NCBI GenBank assembly: GCA_964016885.1
Contig: OZ024742.1
Coordinates: 56,544,001-56,608,000 of the forward strand
Direction: 5' to 3'
Length of the DNA stretch: 64,000 nt
DNA from: Eledone cirrhosa
Taxonomy: Eukaryota
Part shown: positions 55,157-64,000 of the stretch, in pieces
Numbering within the stretch: position 1 is the stretch's first letter
Layout: every line of letters starts with the position of its first letter
The notes under the pieces: model-generated
What the model was told of the DNA's origin: nothing
What the model saw: the letters and a program-made list of their open reading frames with translations, nothing else
Databases searched by the model: none
Made by a program: the position numbers and the translations under genes

Positions 55157-55492
55157 TATATTAGTAAAAGGAAAAGAAAATGCTGACAAATTTTTCCCAG
55201 TGAAAAATAGTTTAATTAGGAATAAGTATAAATTAGTAATAAGTATTGGTTAGTATTCAGTTTTAGTTTTAAGTTTTTGCTCGTGATATTTGCTCTAATC
55301 AGATTAGAGCAAATATCACGAGCGCTCTATCTCAAAATTATTTTTGAAAAGCATTAGAAATGCGCAACCGGTAAAAACTTAAAACTAAAACTGAATACTA
55401 ACCAATACTTATTACTAATTTATACTTATTCCTAATTAAACAATTTTTCTCTGGTAAAAATTTGTCAGCATTTTCTTTTCCTTTTACTAATA
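55157..55492 (+). mobile_element. PLE terminal repeat with an inverted upstream copy; the left arm lacks the HHR segment
   Basis: Perfect 22-bp arms around 55301; 55157-55278 is the reverse complement of 55373-55492; same family as 3480-3682. Confidence 0.85.
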
Positions 55493-55502
55493 TATATATA
55501 TA

Positions 55503-55693
55503 TAGGAAAATGTATGACCCCGATGGCAGAGCTCAAGCCGTTTCGACGGCTATTTCTGTCCAGGAATAGCCGTCGAAACGGCTTGAGCTCTGCCGTCGGG
55601 GTCATATATTTTCCTATTACCCACTCTACTACCCTAAGTATTGAGTACTCTGGTGCGTTATGGTCCATCTGTTTCCTTACCACAACTCCTTCG

Positions 55694-55697
<4 letters not shown>
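55503..55697 (+). mobile_element. Complete fold-back element in (TA)n
   Basis: Palindrome 55503-55616 plus tail. Confidence 0.85.
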
Positions 55698-55792
<95 letters not shown>

Positions 55793-56012
55793 TTGATTAA
55801 TACGGAAAGTTATTAATCATTTTGTCTGACAAAAGTATAGGTTAACTAGTATTGAATGATCTTGAAAAACAAAAACTATGACTGCTGCAGATAGTCACTA
55901 TTAGAACTTACAGTCAGCTCTACTTATATAAAATTTAAGACTTTTCATTCAGAGCAGTAACATAACAATTCATGGGTAAGAGATTGTCTAGAGAAATCTA
56001 TCCACATAATAT

Positions 56013-56403
56013 AGGTGGATTGGGAGTATCGGTAGAGATTCGGGCGCCATGCTTTGCAGCAAAGAGTTACGGCTCTTTATGGTCTGAGTTCAATTCCCGC
56101 CGAGGTTAACTTTGCTTTTCATCCTTACGAGTTCGATAAAATAAAGTACCAGTAATGTACTGGTTAATTGCTGGCCTTGTGCCAAAAGTAGAAACAATTA
56201 TATATATATATGGGGTGGTGGATTAGCAGTGTCGGTATAGGGTCGGACGCCATGCTTTGCAGCATAGAGTTACGGCCCTTTATGATCTGAGTTCAAATCC
56301 CGCCCAGGTAAACTTTGCCTTTCATCTTTACGGGGTCGATAAAATAAAGTACCAGTAATGTACTGGGTAATTTGGTGGCCTTGTGCCAAAAGTAGAAGCA
56401 ATT
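56013..56403 (+). mobile_element. Two tandem tRNA/Nin SINEs
   Basis: 56013-56190 and 56212-56403 match the consensus. Confidence 0.9.
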
Positions 56404-56436
56404 ACATATATATATATATATAGAGAGAGAGAGGGA

Positions 56437-56474
<38 letters not shown>

Positions 56475-56613
56475 TATATAAATGAAAAGTATATATAGAT
56501 AGATAGGTAGAGAGAGATACATAACCAGTTGGTAAGTAATAATATTTACTATAAGTGTTACGCGTGATTACGAATACAAATTTGATCTCTCTTTATCATT
56601 ATATGTATGTATA

Positions 56614-56690
<77 letters not shown>

Positions 56691-57781
56691 ATGTGTGTAC
56701 ATTACTGTTTCGAAACTTCGACTGAGATTTCATTTTAAATATAATAGCAAGCACATGTCTGTCTGTGTTAAATAATCTGTGTAAGTAGTATAGCGTTAAA
56801 CATTGTTGATTTCTTCCATAGTGTATTCATATGTTAATTATCGACGAATCAAACTAAATAACTGATTGTGCCTGACATTGGTAGGAAATCTTTGTGCCTC
56901 CTGCCCCTACCCCCTCGGGGAACCGTGACTGATGTCGATTCTTAAGTGTTCAAGATTTCAGTTATTATAGTAGATGGTAATGTGTAAGTAGTTTGAAAAT
57001 ATTATACATTATATTTCACTATCATTCAATCGGTATAGCTGCTGGCCACCTTTAGATGTAGTCGCAGTCGGAGATTTGTCCAGTCGGTTTGCTATTTTCG
57101 TAGAAAATTGGTATTTTCAAACGTTATTGTCTAATCTTCTTTACATAATGAAACGTTAGCAGTTAGTTTAAATTGTGCAATAAAGTACGCATACACACTC
57201 ACACACACACACACACACGCATATATATATACATTTATATATATGTGTGTATGTATATATATAGAGAGAAAGTGAGAGGTGTGCGTGTATATGTGTATAT
57301 ATATATATGTATGCATATATAATATATAAATATGTGTGTGTGTGTGTGTGTACAAATTGTCTTACAGAAGAAGAAAAAAATCTATTCGCTGTATTGTCTA
57401 ATCGAAGGCAGCAACTCCATACGTTAACCCTCTTCAATGCTATAATTATACACACACACACACAAATACACGCGCACACACGCACACACAACCACACATA
57501 CACACACACACACACAACCACACATACACACACACACTATATATAAATATAATTTTAAAACTATTCTGTTGAGAGCTTAATTCGTTGTGTGATATTTTGC
57601 AATAACACACATACTGAATTCATCCGCCAAAACTGGGGGTTGTCCCCCTTATCACACCCCACGTGGGTTTCGATAACGGTCAGTCCTTTGCTTTGCACAG
57701 AACTAAATGCCTGTTGAAAAAGTGACTTCCTTGTTCGATCAGCATACCAAAGGCTTAACATTATTTGTTTAAGCAGATTAA

Positions 57782-57972
57782 GGGCGGTGGATTGGCAGTA
57801 TCGGTAGAGGGTGGGACGCCATGCTTTGACGCATAGAGTTACGGCCCTTGCCATTCTGAGTTCAAATCCCGCCAAGGTTAACTTTGCTTTTCATCCTTAC
57901 GGGGTCGATAAAATAAAGTACCAGTAATGCACTGGGTAATTGCTGGCCTTATGCCAACAGTAGAAACAATTA
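57782..57972 (+). mobile_element. tRNA/Nin SINE with a probable target-site duplication (ATTATTTGTTTAA.CAGA on both sides)
   Basis: Consensus match; flanking repeat at about 57760 and 57968. Confidence 0.9.
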
Positions 57973-58290
57973 TTTGTTTAAACAGACAGTACCTGATTTA
58001 GGAGTTGCAGTAACCACATACTAGATCTTACCAGCATTTCTAGGGGTGCGGGTATAATTTTCAATCATATTTTATTATTTGTTTGACCCGAATTGCTTGG
58101 TCGTTTCTATGGCTGTGTGGATAATAGTTTAACCATTGTCTCAGTGTGTTTGGCCTTTTAACTTACGTTGTTGCTCTAGTACACTAGCTTCTATGGAGCG
58201 CTTGCCACACATCTCGGAAGTTGTTTTTCGCTAATTTAATTTCCAATAGCCGAAATACGATTCTCGCTAATTTATATATATATATATATA

Positions 58291-58652
58291 CTCAGCCGTT
58301 AATATGCATAAGGTAAATATATACGTTCAACAATCTGGCAGGAAGGTATACGTTGCTGACGATAGCTAATAAGCTTGGAACTAGTACAGCGTTCCTTTGT
58401 CAGTGTTGAACAAACGAGCAACGATGGTTGCTGGACACTACGGCTTAATACGGGATGTTTGTTTACAAACACACCGAGCATTATAATAAATGTTCGGTTA
58501 ATCCATACGTACATATATATATGTGTGTATGTATATATATACACATACTACTGTACGTCTGTATACATATATGTATGTACGTTTACATACTTATATTTAA
58601 GTAACAGCCGTACTAAGAGTGGGAAATGAAATTTCGTTTCATTTTTTCCGTT
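58291..58652 (+). mobile_element. Second copy of the HHR-bearing ORF-less element (HHR at 58335-58404)
   Basis: CTGGCA-GGAA-ggtata-CGTTG-CTGACGA-T-AGCT/aata/AGCT-T-GGAA-CTAG-TA-CAGCG-TTCC-tt-TGTCAG; colinear with the reverse complement of 23988-24355. Confidence 0.75.
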
Positions 58653-58710
<58 letters not shown>

Positions 58711-59014
58711 GATGTGCTTGTGCTTTTGTAGGTTTGCATGTACGAGTGTACTTATATATGCATATATCTTTATTATATATAGAAATGGCTCCTACAGAAT
58801 TAGAACTGATTCATTCGTATGAAATCATGAGGAATGATATTCTTGATGATTTCATACGAATGAAATGAGTCTAGTCCTCTAAAATACATATCGACATATA
58901 ATAGAGACGCCTAACCTCTACCAGCGTATTGAGCATTCTTTTAACTGTGGTTACCCCCCCCCCCCTCCGACACCACTCGGGGACCACTATATAAATAAAT
59001 AAACATATAAATAA

Positions 59015-59142
<128 letters not shown>

Positions 59143-59870
59143 CTTAAAATGGATTGAGAATAAGAAGAAAGCAAGAACGGGGGAGTTTTCCTCATCAGTT
59201 GTCTACTGGGGGTCGCGGATATTTCCACACCTTGAGACCCCCAGTAGACAACTGATGAGGACCCCCCCCCCTCCTCCCGTTCTTGCTTTCTTCTTATTCT
59301 CACACCATTTTAAGCTACCTTAAGTAGCAACTAGACAGCTAATCCTATTCTCCATATATTTTATCCTATTTCGTTGCTACTCTTACTCCTCTTTCTTCCT
59401 CTCCCTTTCTCCCTCTCACTTTCACTCATCCTTTCTCTGTTAGCCATCTCATTGTTTCCCTCGCCTGACCCACTAGCAGTCCCTTTCTCACATACACTCG
59501 CTGGGGTCAGACGTGTCTTTTCGCTCGCCCACACGGTCTTGAACTTAAGTTCTGTTATCGTTGTGATCTTGGATTTTCTTACCTTAAGTTTCTCGCACAT
59601 TGCTCGGTTTGTTGTTTTTTTCCGCTGTTTTCTCTTTTCTTCCCTTTTCCCTTCTATTTTCTATCCCTTCCTCCTTCTATTTCCCAATAACTTACCCAGT
59701 TATTGAACGCTCTGAGCAGTAGATATCTTGTCTTTAAAGCATGGAAATATCCGAGACGCGCAGTAGATAACTGATGAGCAACCCCCCCCCCCCCGGTCTT
59801 GCTTTCTTCTTATTCCCACACCATTAAGCTACCTTAACTAGCAACTACACAGCCAATCCTATTCTCCATA
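59143..59870 (+). mobile_element. ORF-less PLE-type unit: inverted 5' segment plus ~519-bp unit with a ~120-bp terminal direct repeat
   Basis: 59143-59213 is inverted relative to 59236-59313; 59234-59358 repeats at 59753-59870; bounded by (TA)n. Confidence 0.8.
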
Positions 59871-59921
59871 TATATATATATTAGAAAAGGCAAGTAAGGT
59901 TCTATACAAAACAGTGATTAT

Positions 59922-60431
<510 letters not shown>

Positions 60432-63123
60432 ATATATATATGACTAGTGCTACTAGAAATAGAAAGCATATTTATATCATTTAAAATGTAAAGTAGCGTT
60501 AAAATCAGACATTGAGTAAGATATCACCCGAAAAGAAGAGGAAATTCACACCTGGATTGACTTTAATAGGTGCTGTTCTATCAGAATTGTGCTGAAGATA
60601 AACATCACCAGTAACAACACATTATATACCAGAAATATGGCCAAGCAGAGCATATTAACTGAATGAACTCTCGCGAGGGAGTATTTATTTCGTGACCTTC
60701 TTGAGAATAAGCTTGTATTATACCGAACTTTGCGGTAAAAAAATGTAGCCGATCGTCTGACAAGACCAAGGAAACAATATAACCCTTGATATTTCCATTG
60801 CTAATATTAGCTGCTATTTGCAAATCTAAACAGAGGCACCCCTAAATAAAATATTTTACTCAAGAACACAACTCAACTCCCGATCCAGGAATCGAAACTT
60901 ATGATCGCAATTTCAAAGCCACTAAACCACACGTTTTCATTCAGTATAATCTTTATTAATAATCTCTATATATAATAGTTTCCTCTTACTATAACTGTTT
61001 CAATGTTTCAATGCGATCCCTTAAATATGAGTCGAAACATACACAAGCAAAGTAATGGTGGTTTGGTAAATTTTAATAATCGGACGATATATATGCATAA
61101 TTCGTTTCAGCAATTTGAATACAAAGTTGCATTAATAAATCCAGTAGATCATGTTATATTGATATATTTCTCATCAAGTAGATAGCATTGATGAAGTATG
61201 CAAATATATCATATCGTTTATGATTCCCTACACGATAAATATGTAACATTTGCATTCACACCCTTATTCCTATGAGAGGTCTAAGGAATACAAAAGTAAT
61301 ATATCTTGGTATTTTATTTCCACTACTTTCAAATATTGCCAGGATATCGATATTTTTGACAGAATTTGATTGGTTATCAGTTGGAAACTAAAGACGATTT
61401 TAAGAATTATACATAAATTCAAACTATACGTCGTATTTTAATGTCTACCATCGAGGAGCAGCGATGGGATTTAGAAAGCATTCTCGTGCATTCATAATTC
61501 TTGCCATCAAACTTTCAACTGAAATACAAATGTTATACACTATTAGAAATACACAGTGTTTTTCATCCTGTAGAAAACGTGTTAGTGTTACAAAATCTGT
61601 TTGATTGATAGATATTTTGGTATGATTAATATTTCAGGTCATCGCTTTTCTATAGTTTTACATACTTTAATGCGTTTGCCTTGCGAAAAATACTGTTACC
61701 TTGGCTATCACAAACACTTCTAATCAACAGGGTTAATATTACGATTAGACCACGAATATGTTTTACGCCGAGAAACTAGAGATTATTTTCTACAGCTCTG
61801 TATCCTGAACCCTAGAAAATGCCCTCTAATTTGAATCCTTCCTGCGGTCTCTTTAATTTAAAGGGTTATTATATTTACGTTTACATTATTATATCTTCTA
61901 GAAGTCTGGTATATTGGTAGAATTGGTAGGGTATCGAATACAAATGCCATTGCAGTATTCTGGCTATTTACATTCTAAGTTAAAGTCCTGCTGAGATCAA
62001 CTTTCCCAAAATTAGAAATCATTATCTTCGAAAACAAATATAGTTTTAAAAAAACTTAAACTCACTCCAACATATAGTAATGGCTTCCATTAAAAAAGAG
62101 ACTGCCTCAAATCACTCTATTTTCTATGTATGAAATAAATAACCCTGAGCTAAGCAGCTTCGCTTCTGATTGGCCTACTTCCCAAATACTTTGCTGATTT
62201 CATGAAAACATTGGACTGTAAACTAATGATTAACAGGAAACCACGTAATCGACCACTTCTTCAAAACCATAGCAAATATCATGCCGAAATAAAACATTCA
62301 AAAGATATTAAAACTTTACTTATGTCCGACATCATATTTGATAAAGAAATCTAGTTTGTCTGGTTGGATTTGTGCAAACAAATGACAATATTTACAGCAC
62401 GTTGAGGTATTTGCAGACAGTGAGTGAAAGGAAGAATTTAAAATATATCAATAAATATGTGAAATATATCTCTAGGATGGAAAATACTCTCTGGGATAAA
62501 AGAGATACTTTACACATAAAAGAAATTGCAACCAGCTTAAAAGTAAACATATCTTAAACTAGATATGACATGAATTGTTTCAAATACTTGGACCTGATGT
62601 TGTCTGTTATTAACATAAATCATTTCTATGGTATAACTGACATTTTATTTCATTTTATTACAGTAAGTTATATTTATTTATTTATTTACTTTTTTTGCTT
62701 TCCCTTGTATGTTCCTTTTAGGACAATTCCTTGAGGATCTCAATCTTTTCCCTAAATCTCGATACCTGCTAAGGTATTTATATGTATTTACTGGTTCAGT
62801 TCATTGTTTGCGTATCATTATTTGTCCATATTAGGTATTCTCCAAACTAATCAATATCTAGTAATAATATATAACATAGTAGTTATATTAAAATGTTTTT
62901 TTTTTCTAGACCATATACCATACCAGCTGTCAGTTAAATAGCATTCTTCTAGAGTAATGCTGGCAATGCAGTGATATGACAGGATAATGCATAAGATTAA
63001 GAAGACATAAATCTTACAATGCTACAACAGTTGCAGTTATATATTTAGAGTGTTGTTCTAACATAAAATACTACATTCCAATAAGGTATACAACAAATCA
63101 TTTTGTTACTCTGTTATACATAC

Positions 63124-63159
<36 letters not shown>

Positions 63160-63906
63160 ATATGTATGTATATGTTAGTGTGTGCGTTTGTTTATATGTG
63201 TATATGTGAACAATATGAATACATGTTTATTCAACGATTACATCTAGATATCAAGTATTGCTAACAATTTTAAAGGATTTTTAATTTTAAATAAATTTAA
63301 TTTCTCCATGGGTAAACTATTCTGTCCAGAAATTTGTTTAATTATTTCAACCACTTGCAATATAATATTCATACGTAAATTAGAAATTACAAACAGATGG
63401 AAATTTATGGAAATTTGGTTAGAATTTAACCATGTTAATTCCAAACCGACCCTGCTTTTGCGATGCAAAACTGTTTCTTTTAAGGTATTTATATTTATCT
63501 AAGATTTTCCCATCCTAATTTTATGTAATAACCCTTTTTTAAAGTTATTAATGTCATGTTAATAATCTTAAAGAGAAAATTTGATACACTACGAAAGCCA
63601 CCCCCCAAAAAAAAATTCTGGATTATTTTCGTTAAATGTATAATAACGAAAGTTTTAAAGTAGGAGTAGAGAGGTATGTGCCTGGACAGAGTGAAGGAAT
63701 TACCACTCTGTTGATAATTAATCAATAATAGAAGACTAATAACACAATAGATACAAACTCAATGTCACTTTACATATAACAATAAATCTAAATACTCAAT
63801 ATTTCACTGAATGCAACGTTATTAATTGTTTTCATTATCGTCATCGATGTTGTCGTTGTTACTGTATTTAATACTAATTTCTTTATTTGATGATAATAAT
63901 AATAAT

Positions 63907-64000
63907 AATTGTTTCTACTTTAGGCATAAGGCCAGCAATTTGAAGGGAGGGAAAAGTTTATTAAATCAACCCTAGTACTTATTGATGCTTTATTTTATCG
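63907..64000 (-). mobile_element. 3' end of a tRNA/Nin SINE running off the window
   Basis: AATTGTTTCTACTTTAGGCA.AAGGCCAGCAATT..CTTTATTTTATCG. Confidence 0.8.

Noticed and set aside
60540-60830. Minus-strand open frames with a hydrophobic stretch
   Set aside because: No recognisable domain or clear splice-site pair

Overview
AT-rich eukaryotic non-coding DNA, most likely an intron or intergenic region of an octopod cephalopod. That is an inference from the many ~190-bp tRNA-head/Nin-domain SINEs and dense (TA)n/(CA)n/(CT)n microsatellites. No host protein-coding gene is recognisable, and most ORFs in the track are microsatellite translations (HT/YI/CV/LS runs). All real coding remnants come from transposons: five Penelope-like element (PLE) fragments with RT and/or GIY-YIG, two decayed R4/Dong-clade non-LTR retrotransposons, a Tx1/L1-type 3' fragment, two non-autonomous Helitrons, a probable hAT relic and a ~600-bp bipartite RTE-derived non-autonomous family. 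The main unexplained layer is RNA structure. About a dozen type-I hammerhead ribozyme (HHR) folds were read by eye. They include a ~422-nt partly tandem ORF-less element with an extended HHR (candidate non-LTR retrozyme), and a twice-seen atypical HHR with a compensatory U3-A8 core whose predicted cut site matches a rearrangement junction. A fold-back element family also appears to be built from half of an HHR. All folds are manual and untested.
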